From: a virus
Lineage: Duplodnaviria; Heunggongvirae; Uroviricota; Caudoviricetes
DNA: 64,000 bases
IMG/VR virus record: IMGVR_UViG_3300025131_000004
Strand: one strand, 5' to 3'
The position numbers and the translations under genes are program-made. Shown piece after piece: positions 17,922 to 27,711 of the stretch (the first letter of the stretch is position 1; each line of letters opens with the position of its first letter). The notes under the pieces are model-generated. The model had not been told where the DNA came from. It worked only from the letters and a program-made list of their open reading frames with translations, and did no database searches.

Positions 17922-18506
17922 ATGAGAATTAGACTAGGATCGAGCTTTATGTGGAGTCTCCCAAGTTGGGAGAGGGATGAGTGTCTTAACAAATCTCAGC
18001 CCTTACGAGATATAGAGTTCGATGAACTCTCTGAGGAAGAGAAAGCAATAGTTGCAATGAGTCTCAAGGCTGGCACCATAACTGATGCCACAAATGAGGA
18101 TGGCTCTGGGCTTGGTCAGCTAGGTGAATCAGAGGAAGCCATCCAGAGTTATCTAGAGCTCTCTGTTCCCAAGTTTCGTAAGCAGGTCGTCAAGAACATC
18201 CAACCAGAGCAGATCGCTCTTGTAGACAATCTAATCAAAGCAATCAAGGCTTCTTCTCATCCAGGGAAGAGGCCTTTGTTGCAAATGCTTCTCCCGTTAA
18301 AAAAGGGTATGATAAGTCCTAAGGATCCGTTTATTGGTGATATAGGAGTTGACTCTAAGTGGGCAACACTCGAAAAGATCGAGATTGAGGAGCCCACGAA
18401 GTCCATGGACGCAGGCAAGCTTATAACTAAGTTCGAGACCTGGGCGAAGGACAATAACAAAGAGCTTGGTGAATCAGAATTCACAGAGTTCATGGAGACA
18501 TTATAA
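17922..18506 (+). CDS. Hypothetical protein; likely start ATG 17922
   Basis: AAGGAG at 17910-17915; ends in a TAAATG junction. Confidence 0.7.
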   Translation: MRIRLGSSFMWSLPSWERDECLNKSQPLRDIEFDELSEEEKAIVAMSLKAGTITDATNEDGSGLGQLGESEEAIQSYLELSVPKFRKQVVKNIQPEQIALVDNLIKAIKASSHPGKRPLLQMLLPLKKGMISPKDPFIGDIGVDSKWATLEKIEIEEPTKSMDAGKLITKFETWAKDNNKELGESEFTEFMETL

Positions 18507-19118
18507 ATGGCAGACATAACAGTAACTACCACCTTGGATGCAGTTCTTTACCAAGGCGCTCTGCTAGCTCAGAACGGACAGATGCCAATAGTGGGTTACA
18601 ACCCTGAGGTTACTTTCTTCAACGCAGATTTGGTTGAGGTCGTAGAAGAGTGGGAGCGCCAAGAGTTCAACGTCGGTGGTCTCTTCAGACGAGATACATA
18701 TAGAAATGCCGCAGGCGATATCGTAAGAGTTTCAGGTTGGCGAATCGAGAACCCTCCTGTAATCAGTGTGACAGCTCCGATTACCGGACAGATCAATGGC
18801 GGCAATGTGGCTCTTACATTGACAGGGACAAACTTTGGAGTCCTTGTTCCTCAGATACAGGTCCACCTGTTGTTCAGACCCTCTTACAAAAAGGGCTCTG
18901 TTCAGAGAAGGGGTGGCGGACTCAACAGAATTGCAGCAACTGTGCTCACCGTAGCGGACACTTCCATTACAGCTACCCTAAATCTCAATGAGGAATATAG
19001 GGGTGCTCAGATGTTCGATAATCAGGTCGCCTCAATAGTTGTACAAAGACTAGATCGTGGACTTGAGAGTGATCCCATCAACTTCACTCTGACCGGTAGT
19101 CCGGACCCGGAGGCATAA
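18507..19118 (+). CDS. Virion protein with IPT/TIG-like Ig domain and shared N-terminal tag
   Basis: MADITVTTTLDAVL; ISVTAPITGQINGGNVALTLTGTNFG. Confidence 0.65.
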   Translation: MADITVTTTLDAVLYQGALLAQNGQMPIVGYNPEVTFFNADLVEVVEEWERQEFNVGGLFRRDTYRNAAGDIVRVSGWRIENPPVISVTAPITGQINGGNVALTLTGTNFGVLVPQIQVHLLFRPSYKKGSVQRRGGGLNRIAATVLTVADTSITATLNLNEEYRGAQMFDNQVASIVVQRLDRGLESDPINFTLTGSPDPEA

Positions 19119-19121
19119 GAG

Positions 19122-20456
19122 ATGGCAGATTCAAAGAATATCCCAACCAAGCTAGGTATTGATCCAAGACGAATTGATATAGAAGTCGGTTCTGATATTG
19201 AGATCGGCGCAGTTGAGATCAAGAACGCGACGACTGATGTAAGAGCAATCGTCTCAGGCGCAGGTTCTTTACATGTACTGGAAGACAACTCTGCTGCAAT
19301 CGAGCTTGTCTTAGGAACAATCGATACAGACACAGGAAACATCGTAACTGCTGTTCAGCTATTGGACAATGTAGTCGGTGTAGAGGGTGCGGGTATGGTT
19401 ACGAGTGGCAACGCCCTCATCCTGGATGATGGTGCCAATGCCATTCTTGCACAAGCGAACGCAGCAGGAGACCTGAAGATCACCTTGGGCGGTGAGGTTG
19501 TCAACGTTCTTCTTGCCAACACGAACGACGACGATAGCGTTGCGTTTGCTTCGAATGATACCTTGGTCATTTCCAAGATGTATGGTTCTAACGGTGCGGA
19601 CTGGGAGCGTTTGGTCACAGACGGCTCAGGAACGCTTACGGTGGTAGAGGACAACTCTACTGCAATTCTAGCCGATACTGCAGCCATCCAGACTGCCGTT
19701 GAGATCATGGACGATTGGGATGAGTCTGACAGGGCCAAGGTCAACCTTATCGTAGGCCAGGCAGGCATTGCCGCAGGCACTGGTCCAGACGGAACAACTG
19801 TTCCTCGGGTCACACTAGCAACTAACGTTGGCCTTCCCCAAGGAGGCAGTGTCATAGGTGGTGTCTTTGGAGCCGCAGCAGAGGATGCAGCGGCTTCTGG
19901 TGCGCCTGTTCTTTCTGGAGGTCGCTATGACCTTGTAGCACGTACCCTCGACACAGGTGACGTAGGAGCTATCGCTCTATCCACTGCAGGTCACGTCCTT
20001 ACCCAAGCAGATGGGTATGACTCTGGAACGGACTCCAACAAGAGCTTTGAAGTCAACCCGCTCTCAGAGCATCATGTAGAGGAGACTGTTGTCGACGTAA
20101 CCAATGCAGCAGATGGCGGAGGGGCAGTTCCTGGTGGAGACTTTGGATACTACTTTGATATGGATGGGTTTAGAAATTTTGGACTTCAACTTGAGTTGAA
20201 TTGCGCTGGAGGTACGGTTACCGCAACTGTTGAAGCGACCCTTCAAGATGACGGAACCGCCGCAGCAAGCTGTGCATATGTCGATGTGACCAACGACTGG
20301 TTTGGGGCTGCAAGTCTTGTAGCTGCCGCAGGTTCGGCATCAGCTATTTGGATTATGGATACCGTCTGTGCTGTGAAGTATGTTCGTCTTAGGATCGACG
20401 CTAACACCGGCGGCAACTCCGGTGATTGGGCAGTGTACCTCAAGAAGTTGTATTAA
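19122..20456 (+). CDS. Fibre-like virion protein (acidic, internal repeats)
   Basis: Repeat GSLHVLEDNSAAI..TAVQLLD / GTLTVVEDNSTAI..TAVEIMD; beta-sandwich-like C-terminus. Confidence 0.55.
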   Translation: MADSKNIPTKLGIDPRRIDIEVGSDIEIGAVEIKNATTDVRAIVSGAGSLHVLEDNSAAIELVLGTIDTDTGNIVTAVQLLDNVVGVEGAGMVTSGNALILDDGANAILAQANAAGDLKITLGGEVVNVLLANTNDDDSVAFASNDTLVISKMYGSNGADWERLVTDGSGTLTVVEDNSTAILADTAAIQTAVEIMDDWDESDRAKVNLIVGQAGIAAGTGPDGTTVPRVTLATNVGLPQGGSVIGGVFGAAAEDAAASGAPVLSGGRYDLVARTLDTGDVGAIALSTAGHVLTQADGYDSGTDSNKSFEVNPLSEHHVEETVVDVTNAADGGGAVPGGDFGYYFDMDGFRNFGLQLELNCAGGTVTATVEATLQDDGTAAASCAYVDVTNDWFGAASLVAAAGSASAIWIMDTVCAVKYVRLRIDANTGGNSGDWAVYLKKLY

Positions 20457-20466
20457 GGAGAAAAGA

Positions 20467-20724
20467 ATGGCAAAAGCAATCAAAGAAGCTTTAGAGCTAA
20501 GAGAGTTAGATGACTTGAAGTCGAAGGAAGTATCAGCAAGCTCTCCAAAGCTTCCCAACCTGACAAAAGGAAAGGTGAATGCAGCTCTTGATCTGCTTCG
20601 GGATCCTGTTGCAAACGGAGGTCTTCTTAGGATCTCTCGTGAAGTAGGTCTTCATTCTTCGCAGGTAAAAGAAATCTATCGTGCAATGCAGGCTCGCATT
20701 GGAGAGCTATCCAAGGAGAAGTAA
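20467..20724 (+). CDS. Small helical (HTH-like) hypothetical protein; likely start ATG 20467
   Basis: TAAGGAG RBS; LLRISREVGLHSSQVKEIY. Confidence 0.65.
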   Translation: MAKAIKEALELRELDDLKSKEVSASSPKLPNLTKGKVNAALDLLRDPVANGGLLRISREVGLHSSQVKEIYRAMQARIGELSKEK

Positions 20725-22080
20725 GTGTACCCAAGACTCCCAGCAGAAGGTATCCTGTTCAGGGAGCTCTTCGACTCCTACGATTCTGTCGCAAGGAACA
20801 GCGGGACCATTGCGGGCAACACAACCATAGTGGGCGGAGGGGCCATCTTCGACGGCGCTTCCGGCAGCATCAGCTATCCCTCCCATTCGACGATAGACGA
20901 CATCTTCGACGGAGGCGGCACCGTGGAGGTGCTCCTCAACGTCACCTCTGATGGTGAGGACAGCTTTGGAAGGGTCTACGACAAGGGCCCCGTCTTTGTG
21001 TTTGTATTTGGAGAGGCCGGTGGCTTCACCCGCTTTGGATTCCTCATGAACTGGAGCGGGGCGAACGGGAGCTGGGCCTCCGCTGTAGGGGCCCTGACCC
21101 TGGGCGTCTTGCACCATCTCGTCATCACGTACGACAGCGACAATCCGGCCAACGACCCGATCTTCTATCTGGATGGTGCGCCGATCACCGTGTCCGAGGC
21201 CGGAACTCCCACCGGAACCAGATCCACCGACGCCGCCGACCCCCTGTACATCGGGAACAGAGCGGCTGACGACAGGACCTTCGATGGCACCATTCACGAG
21301 ACGCATTTCTACGACCGCATCCTGACCGCCGCCGAGGTTGCTGACAGGTTCGCCGCCACGACGTTCAGCGAGATCGATTCGGCACAGGCCATCATCCACC
21401 TGCCGCTGGAGACGAACTACAACAACGGATCCCAGGTCACGGACAACAAGGGGTCTGCGGGAGGGACCGTCACGCTGGGCGACGGGGCCACAGCGTCCAC
21501 CTTCCCGACCCAGGGCGTCCCGCATGGGATGAACTTCGACGGGGGCACGGACTACCTGGGTGCCGGGTTCGCAGCCGCCATCGCAGACATATTCGACGGC
21601 GGCGGCACCTTTTCCTGCTGGGTGCGGGTGGAGAGCGACGGCGAGAACAGCCTCGGGCACCTCTGCCACAAGAGCGATTGGCAGATCTTCGTCAAGGCCG
21701 AGACGGACAACGCTGTGGAGTTGCAGCTCACGTATGCCTTCGACGGCGCAACCGGCGCCTGGGACACCACGGTGCCGGAGATCTTCCTGAACCAGTGGAC
21801 CCACATTGCCGTCGTGTACGACAACGACGACACGACAAACGATCCGATCTTCTACATCGACGGTAGGGCCCTGACGGTCGGAGACGGCCTCACGGAGGGC
21901 GTGACCCCGGTCGGGACGAGGCTCTCTGATAGCACAAACACGCTGTTCTTGGGCGACACGAGTGGTCATGTCAATTCGTTCGATGGCGATCTTTGGGATC
22001 TGCGCCTCTACAACTTCGAGCTGACGCCCTTGCAGGTAGATTACTTGTACCGTCGGGGTCGCCGGGAGTTGTCGGTATGA
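20725..22080 (+). CDS. Tandem LamG/concanavalin-A-like lectin domain protein (GTG start, TGA stop)
   Basis: Two repeats DIFDGGGT..ITYD.D...DPIFY.DG..LYIG..FDGTI.E..FY; high GC. Confidence 0.8.
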   Translation: MYPRLPAEGILFRELFDSYDSVARNSGTIAGNTTIVGGGAIFDGASGSISYPSHSTIDDIFDGGGTVEVLLNVTSDGEDSFGRVYDKGPVFVFVFGEAGGFTRFGFLMNWSGANGSWASAVGALTLGVLHHLVITYDSDNPANDPIFYLDGAPITVSEAGTPTGTRSTDAADPLYIGNRAADDRTFDGTIHETHFYDRILTAAEVADRFAATTFSEIDSAQAIIHLPLETNYNNGSQVTDNKGSAGGTVTLGDGATASTFPTQGVPHGMNFDGGTDYLGAGFAAAIADIFDGGGTFSCWVRVESDGENSLGHLCHKSDWQIFVKAETDNAVELQLTYAFDGATGAWDTTVPEIFLNQWTHIAVVYDNDDTTNDPIFYIDGRALTVGDGLTEGVTPVGTRLSDSTNTLFLGDTSGHVNSFDGDLWDLRLYNFELTPLQVDYLYRRGRRELSV

Positions 22081-24059
22081 CCGCCCCACTCAAGGAGACC
22101 CTCGCCGCCAACATCGTCCTGCGTGTGCCGCTGCATCGGGGGACGATCAAGGACATCGGCCCCAACAGCACGGACCTTGCGTTCACCGGCACGCCGCAGT
22201 GGATGAACTCGATCAGGGGCAAGGCGCTGTTCGTCGGGGGCACGGCGTCGCAGACGGCATTTGTGGCGTCCACCAACGTCGACGCCGTGCAGGGCAGCGT
22301 CTCGGGCTGGGTGAGGTTGCCCTGGGCCTCCACCTCTGACTATGTCTTTGGGATCGGAGGAAACAACTTCTGCGTGGTGACCGGCGGGGGGACCACGCTT
22401 CGCATCTTCCATGACGACGTTCAGCGGGTGTCCGTGGATGTCGTGCCGTTTGGAGGTCTCCCAGGCGTCTGGTTTCATGTCGTCGCCACGTACCTCACCG
22501 GTGGCAACTGCGTGTTGTTCATCAATGGCACGCAGGCGAGCAGCGCCGCAGCGGCGGTCGTGGACATGGACCCAACAGGGTTCATCGCTCTGGGGGCCTT
22601 CAACAATGTCGGCAACTCCCGGCTTGACGGTGCGCTGTCGGGCGACTTCACCGTCTGGGATATTCAACTGACCCCTGCCCAGGTGTCCCAGCTGTACCAG
22701 GAGGAACGCAGGGAGGCGGCGATGACCAAGACTCCGACGAGAGCCTTGCCTCCGCAGCCTGTGAACACCTTGGACAACCTCGTCGGGCATTGGACCGGTC
22801 AGATCCAGGCGGGCGAACTTCGAGACCTTTCCGGCAATGATAACAACGCTGTCATGGTCAGCGGACGGACCAACCCCTTGGCCACGAAAGGGCCGTTCGG
22901 TCATGCCATCGAGGGCCACGGCAACCTCGACCATCGCATGCAGGTCCCCGACCTCGCAGCGGTGCAGGACATCTGGGACGGGGGTGGAACCGCCGCCTTC
23001 TGGATGAAGTGCCGAAGTGCCGGAGAGGGTGGCGACGGTCGTGCATTCAGCAAGGGCAACGTCTGGTTCATCGTCACCCAGAACTCTGTCAGCGCCGGCT
23101 TCGGGGACATCCAGTTCGGACTGACGTGGTCGGGGGTCGACGGCAACTGGGAGACCACGACGGACGGGTTCGCCTTTGGCGAATGGGCGCACGTCGCAAT
23201 CACCTACGACTCTGACGGGCCTGCTCCCGGCAGCGACCCCATCATCTACATCAACGGCGTCTCCCGGCCGATCACGGAGAACAGCACCCCAACAGGCACC
23301 CGCGACAGCGATGCCGGCCTCGCTCTGAACTTCCTGGGTCACGGCTCGGCCACCTCCAACGACTTCGATGGGGCCTTGGCCGACATGCGGCTCTACTCTG
23401 ACATCCTCACCCCCGCCGAGGTCGCCGCCTTGTACACCGAGGGCGAGAACTTCCTGGCGCACTACGGCCTCGGGGACGACTGGGAGGTCAGCGCCGACAA
23501 CGTGACCGCCGACTTCCTGGAGAACACCAGCTGGCGTCGGGATATCGGTACGTGGCGGGTGGACGACAGCGATGGCGGGTCCAAGCAACTGACAGCGACA
23601 GCTGGCTGGGCAACGACGTATTTGTCGAGCACGCAGGCGTTTGGTCAGTGGGAATTTGACATCTTCAAGAAGCCGGGGAACACCTACACAGTCAACTTCA
23701 TCGACACTATTCCGGGATTCATCACGAACGTCGGACATTTCGGCTACCGGATCTACTTCACCAGCGTTTTCACGATGCAACGATCCGACAACGGAGCCCT
23801 GACCGAGCTGATGCGGGACTCCGTCCCCGCAATGGCGGACGACACCTGGTACTCTATCAAGATCACCCGTTCGGCAAGCGGGGTCTTCACGACGTACTAT
23901 AAGCTGGCCGGCGCCGCTGAGTACATGCTGCTGCCTGTCACCACCGGATCGAACCCTTCGGCCGCTGACGTCACCTACACGACGAGTGTGTCTGTGACCG
24001 TCGGCATTCGTCTTGATGACGCCGTCCGCAACTTCCGCTTCAGCCCGGTGATAGGATAA
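22077..24059 (+). CDS. Multi-LamG/concanavalin-A-like domain protein; likely start ATG 22077 (ATGA overlap)
   Basis: WFHVVATY..LFING; DIWDGGGT..WAHVAITYDSD..DPIIYING..FDGALADMRLYSDILTPAEVAALY; high GC. Confidence 0.8.
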   Translation: MTAPLKETLAANIVLRVPLHRGTIKDIGPNSTDLAFTGTPQWMNSIRGKALFVGGTASQTAFVASTNVDAVQGSVSGWVRLPWASTSDYVFGIGGNNFCVVTGGGTTLRIFHDDVQRVSVDVVPFGGLPGVWFHVVATYLTGGNCVLFINGTQASSAAAAVVDMDPTGFIALGAFNNVGNSRLDGALSGDFTVWDIQLTPAQVSQLYQEERREAAMTKTPTRALPPQPVNTLDNLVGHWTGQIQAGELRDLSGNDNNAVMVSGRTNPLATKGPFGHAIEGHGNLDHRMQVPDLAAVQDIWDGGGTAAFWMKCRSAGEGGDGRAFSKGNVWFIVTQNSVSAGFGDIQFGLTWSGVDGNWETTTDGFAFGEWAHVAITYDSDGPAPGSDPIIYINGVSRPITENSTPTGTRDSDAGLALNFLGHGSATSNDFDGALADMRLYSDILTPAEVAALYTEGENFLAHYGLGDDWEVSADNVTADFLENTSWRRDIGTWRVDDSDGGSKQLTATAGWATTYLSSTQAFGQWEFDIFKKPGNTYTVNFIDTIPGFITNVGHFGYRIYFTSVFTMQRSDNGALTELMRDSVPAMADDTWYSIKITRSASGVFTTYYKLAGAAEYMLLPVTTGSNPSAADVTYTTSVSVTVGIRLDDAVRNFRFSPVIG

Positions 24060-24069
24060 GGAGTAAAAG

Positions 24070-25158
24070 ATGGCAGATCTAACAGTAACAACTACACTCG
24101 ATGCAGTCTTGCTTCAGACTCCTTCGGTCAGTACGATTCTACCTGCAGACACCAGCACTGGCATAGCTCTGACTCAAAACATCGTTGTTACCTTTACCAC
24201 TGCGGTCGACCCTCTGTCTATTACCACAGGAAGATTCATTCTTCAGGAGACTGCACAGAAGGTGGCTCCAACAGGACCTGGTCTCTTTGCAGAGCTGTTG
24301 ACAGGAAGGCTTGTCTCAACAAACCTTCTTGATACTCAAACCTATCGTGGATATATCGAAGCAGACGTAACGCTAAGTGATGATGGCTTGACCGCCACAT
24401 TGAATCCGACTGAGCCACTTCAGGCCAATCAGGTCTATACAGTAATCATCTCAGATGAGATAGAGTCTGACACCCTATCTGTTCCAGCAGCAGATGGAGG
24501 GAACACAGGCACTGGAAGCCTAGGTGTCACTGGACCCTATGATGGGTCGTGGGGACCAGAGGTCTTTACTGTCGATGTGACTACGCTAGGTGTTCTCAAC
24601 GTAGCTCAGTTTAGATGGATGAGATCATCTGAAGGTGTGTGGCACGGTCCACATACCATTGACAGATCATTCGAGAATATAGATAAGACAGGAAACTTTG
24701 CCGGTCTGACTCTCACCTTTGGTGCAGGGACATACCAGGTAGGAGACTCCTGGACATTCAACGCGACAACGGGCTTGCCCATTGGGACTATTGCACAGTT
24801 CACCTTTACCACAGGATCGCCAACCTATGTCACACCAGCTACAGCAACAGAATCCAATGAGGTTATTGCTGAGGATGTCGGTGGCATTACACGGATCAGC
24901 TCTTCCCCTACTCCGGTAGGGGCAGGATTAAGAGTATTGAGTATCAGTCCCGTTCTCAGAGCGACTGATCTTGATTTGACTACTAGGCTGATTACGATTA
25001 CATTCAATAAGAATATTGACCCTGCAACAATCAATGATGATAGTGTGCAGGTGTTTTTAGAATCGTTACCGACAGACCACAACTTAAGGTCATCGGAACC
25101 TGTCGGAAAGACAATGACAGTGAACGGTTCAGTACTAACCATTAGAGTTAGTGGTTAA
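24070..25158 (+). CDS. Virion protein with SbsA/Big_5-type Ig domains and shared N-terminal tag
   Basis: MADLTVTTTLDAVL; IVVTFTTAVDPLSI..TATLNPTEPLQANQVYTVII; ITITFNKNIDPATI. Confidence 0.75.
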   Translation: MADLTVTTTLDAVLLQTPSVSTILPADTSTGIALTQNIVVTFTTAVDPLSITTGRFILQETAQKVAPTGPGLFAELLTGRLVSTNLLDTQTYRGYIEADVTLSDDGLTATLNPTEPLQANQVYTVIISDEIESDTLSVPAADGGNTGTGSLGVTGPYDGSWGPEVFTVDVTTLGVLNVAQFRWMRSSEGVWHGPHTIDRSFENIDKTGNFAGLTLTFGAGTYQVGDSWTFNATTGLPIGTIAQFTFTTGSPTYVTPATATESNEVIAEDVGGITRISSSPTPVGAGLRVLSISPVLRATDLDLTTRLITITFNKNIDPATINDDSVQVFLESLPTDHNLRSSEPVGKTMTVNGSVLTIRVSG

Positions 25159-25170
25159 GAGGAGATATTA

Positions 25171-25812
25171 ATGCCAGCAACTATTAGAATCTATGAATTC
25201 GGAACAGCAACTCCAGCAGCAGGCGCCATGAGACGTGGCTCTGCAGAGGTGGCCAACGGAGTTCTGAATACAGACTACAAGGTGGCCTCTGGTCAGACTG
25301 TAAGATTCAAGCAAGCCTTGTCCGTAGCAGTAGACGCAAACAATCCAATTCCAATTCCTGCAGCAGGAACCAATCGCTCAATGCCAAAGTTCCTTACCTT
25401 CAATCTTTGGAACTCAGAAGCAGGTGATGCGACGACCGTCTCAAACTTGAGATTCTATACATCTGGAACAAACCCGTGGACCGGAGTGGACATCTTCGGC
25501 GCCGCAATCAATGCCCAGTGGGCAGCAAATCTTACCGCAAGCCTTGCGGTAGGACAGCTGGCGAACCCAAACAGCTCGGCTGACTTTGCCACGGCTGGAG
25601 TCGTAAGTATCTTTACTCGTACAGCAGCACTGCCATTGGACATGGATGCGAATGATCAAGGTCCCGTGGCTCCGGCGGGTTGGGTAGAGTCCAATGGCAT
25701 GGACACGTTCCATATCGGTGATCTTCTCTATATGCAGATGGATGTGACATCCACCGCTTCTGCAGGAACGCTCGCTGGTGCGACAGGCACATTCGTATAC
25801 GACGAGACCTAA
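25171..25812 (+). CDS. Putative virion (neck/collar) beta-sandwich protein
   Basis: 213 aa, GAGGAG RBS, ends TFVYDET. Confidence 0.6.
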   Translation: MPATIRIYEFGTATPAAGAMRRGSAEVANGVLNTDYKVASGQTVRFKQALSVAVDANNPIPIPAAGTNRSMPKFLTFNLWNSEAGDATTVSNLRFYTSGTNPWTGVDIFGAAINAQWAANLTASLAVGQLANPNSSADFATAGVVSIFTRTAALPLDMDANDQGPVAPAGWVESNGMDTFHIGDLLYMQMDVTSTASAGTLAGATGTFVYDET

Positions 25813-25813
25813 G

Positions 25814-26011
25814 ATGTCGGTTATGGATTATCTCGCTCAATATCTTAATAAAGAGGATGACGAGATTCTTTCAGAGTCATTGAAGTATAAGACCAGACAT
25901 GAAAAGGCAATGGAAAACAGAAGGAGGAAGGTCACGTCTTTGGGAGAGTTGCTTGAGGAAGCGCTCGATGAGTTCTCTGAGTATATAGAGGACTCTCTGG
26001 AGAATGGCTAA
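25814..26011 (+). CDS. Small acidic helical hypothetical protein; likely start 25814
   Basis: Fills the gap; TAA stop. Confidence 0.55.
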   Translation: MSVMDYLAQYLNKEDDEILSESLKYKTRHEKAMENRRRKVTSLGELLEEALDEFSEYIEDSLENG

Positions 26012-26017
26012 TTAAAT

Positions 26018-26422
26018 ATGGCAGAAGATAAGTTTGAGTATAGTCATCACGTCGCTCTTGTAGAAGACGATGGAACGATTCATAGATTTCATCCCGTTGA
26101 CAACCCAGTGGGATGCAGGCGCATGAGCAAAGGCAAGGACATCGTGAAGGTGATTCTTGAGCCCCAGAAAGAGGATGCCCGTAAGATTGAAATAGACATC
26201 AACCTTGAGAAGGGTGAGAAGTTTATTCATAAGTGGCAGAGAATGTATAAGATGGTCATGGCCGTTGGGCCAGACGGAGACGATACTCTCGAACATGGGT
26301 TCAGGCCTGGCTGGAACAGCATGGACGTCGTGGGGGTTGATCATGGAAACGGTACAGAGACCTATCTCTTTGTCCGACCAGACGGAACCCTAAGACTGAG
26401 TACTCATGAATATGGAGAGTAA
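26018..26422 (+). CDS. Hypothetical protein
   Basis: 134-aa ORF in the operon; TAAATG junction. Confidence 0.7.
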   Translation: MAEDKFEYSHHVALVEDDGTIHRFHPVDNPVGCRRMSKGKDIVKVILEPQKEDARKIEIDINLEKGEKFIHKWQRMYKMVMAVGPDGDDTLEHGFRPGWNSMDVVGVDHGNGTETYLFVRPDGTLRLSTHEYGE

Positions 26423-27148
26423 ATGGCCCTCGACTTCACCCTTGAGTTATCCTTTGATGCACACCTTATCAGATGTGCTGGACTTGAGAACAACAGACTT
26501 GTAGTAATTCAGTTAAAGGATGTCATCGCCGCTCTTGGCGATGCTACGGATACTCTTACGGGTGGATACCTCTCACATTTCTCCACGCACTACACACCCC
26601 TACACGCAACAGCCAACAGGATCAGAGCAGAAATTGGAAGGTTCGTCGTGGACGTTCCAGACGATACCATCCATCAGCTCTCCTGGAAGCACTCCTTACG
26701 AGCAGACCTATTAAGAAACAGAGGGCTCAGTACAAATGAGTTCTATGGTGACGGAGCTTCGTCCGGTGACCTGACCAACATGATCAAGTCAGATTATGTG
26801 ACAGCCAAGGTCACGATCGATCTGCTGTCTGGTTCATATGATGACGCAGGATGGCAGAAGAGTCTTGCAGATCTAAGAGTTTCAAGACAGGGCGGGGCGC
26901 TACAGAACGCTTTGCAGAAAGCTTATGATGTCTGCGGCCGTTTAGAGCAGGCCCTGCTTGAGGGCGGATTTCTCGGACAGCGAGCAATGGGCGTCATCAA
27001 GGGACAGTGGAACCCAGACAGACCAGCCTTCGGAAGGTTATGGACTAGAGGGAATCAGGTTCCCGGCGCAAACACCAGAGTCAGAGTTGCAGGTCAACGT
27101 AACGCAAAGGGTCACTTCAAGAAGAGGTCCAGAGGCTCGAGATGGTAA
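26423..27148 (+). CDS. Putative head-tail adaptor (neck) protein
   Basis: Position before the stopper-like and tail-completion genes; helical core with KSLADLRVS motif. Confidence 0.5.
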   Translation: MALDFTLELSFDAHLIRCAGLENNRLVVIQLKDVIAALGDATDTLTGGYLSHFSTHYTPLHATANRIRAEIGRFVVDVPDDTIHQLSWKHSLRADLLRNRGLSTNEFYGDGASSGDLTNMIKSDYVTAKVTIDLLSGSYDDAGWQKSLADLRVSRQGGALQNALQKAYDVCGRLEQALLEGGFLGQRAMGVIKGQWNPDRPAFGRLWTRGNQVPGANTRVRVAGQRNAKGHFKKRSRGSRW

Positions 27149-27711
27149 TTCCCATCAACCCATATCCTGGGCATTCAGGAGTGGAGCCTGATCTAAGGTT
27201 TGAGCTGAACAAGATGTTGACTGGCGGACCAGGAGAGCTAGCGAAGGGACAGTTCATCATTCTTAGAATCATGAGACGCGCAGCCAACGCTCCGATCGTG
27301 CCTGTACACAAAGACCACCTACAACCATGCGACTGTGTCAACGATCTATATTCAGAACCAGACATCACCTATCCCTGTAACGTCTGTGAAGGGGAAGGGT
27401 TCCTCTTTGATGACATCTTTGCCTTGGCCTATAAAGAAGAAAGATTCGAATACATTGATACGACCGAACATGAGAAAGGTCCCAATCCCACACAAGGAAT
27501 GTCATTCTTCTATGTAGAGTATTACCAGGGAGAGCTCTCTAAGTACGACGTAGTGATCGAACCTCAGGTAGATCACGAAGGAAACATGATCTCTCCTACC
27601 TCCTACTACCTAAAGCACAACATTCACATGGCTCAGAAGATGAAGTCAGACCAGGGCCGCCTTGAGTACTGGCGTCTGGGTACTCTTACTACTCCTCTTC
27701 CAGCGCCGTAA
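27142..27711 (+). CDS. Putative head-closure/stopper protein with Cys cluster
   Basis: PCDCV..PCNVCEGEGFLF; YWRLGT near the C-terminus; position. Confidence 0.55.
   Translation: MVIPINPYPGHSGVEPDLRFELNKMLTGGPGELAKGQFIILRIMRRAANAPIVPVHKDHLQPCDCVNDLYSEPDITYPCNVCEGEGFLFDDIFALAYKEERFEYIDTTEHEKGPNPTQGMSFFYVEYYQGELSKYDVVIEPQVDHEGNMISPTSYYLKHNIHMAQKMKSDQGRLEYWRLGTLTTPLPAP

Noticed and set aside
20707-23780. Long antisense ORFs (460 aa and 579 aa) opposite the LamG genes
   Set aside because: Shadow ORFs expected from high-GC codon bias. They have no recognisable motifs and fully overlap convincing + strand genes.
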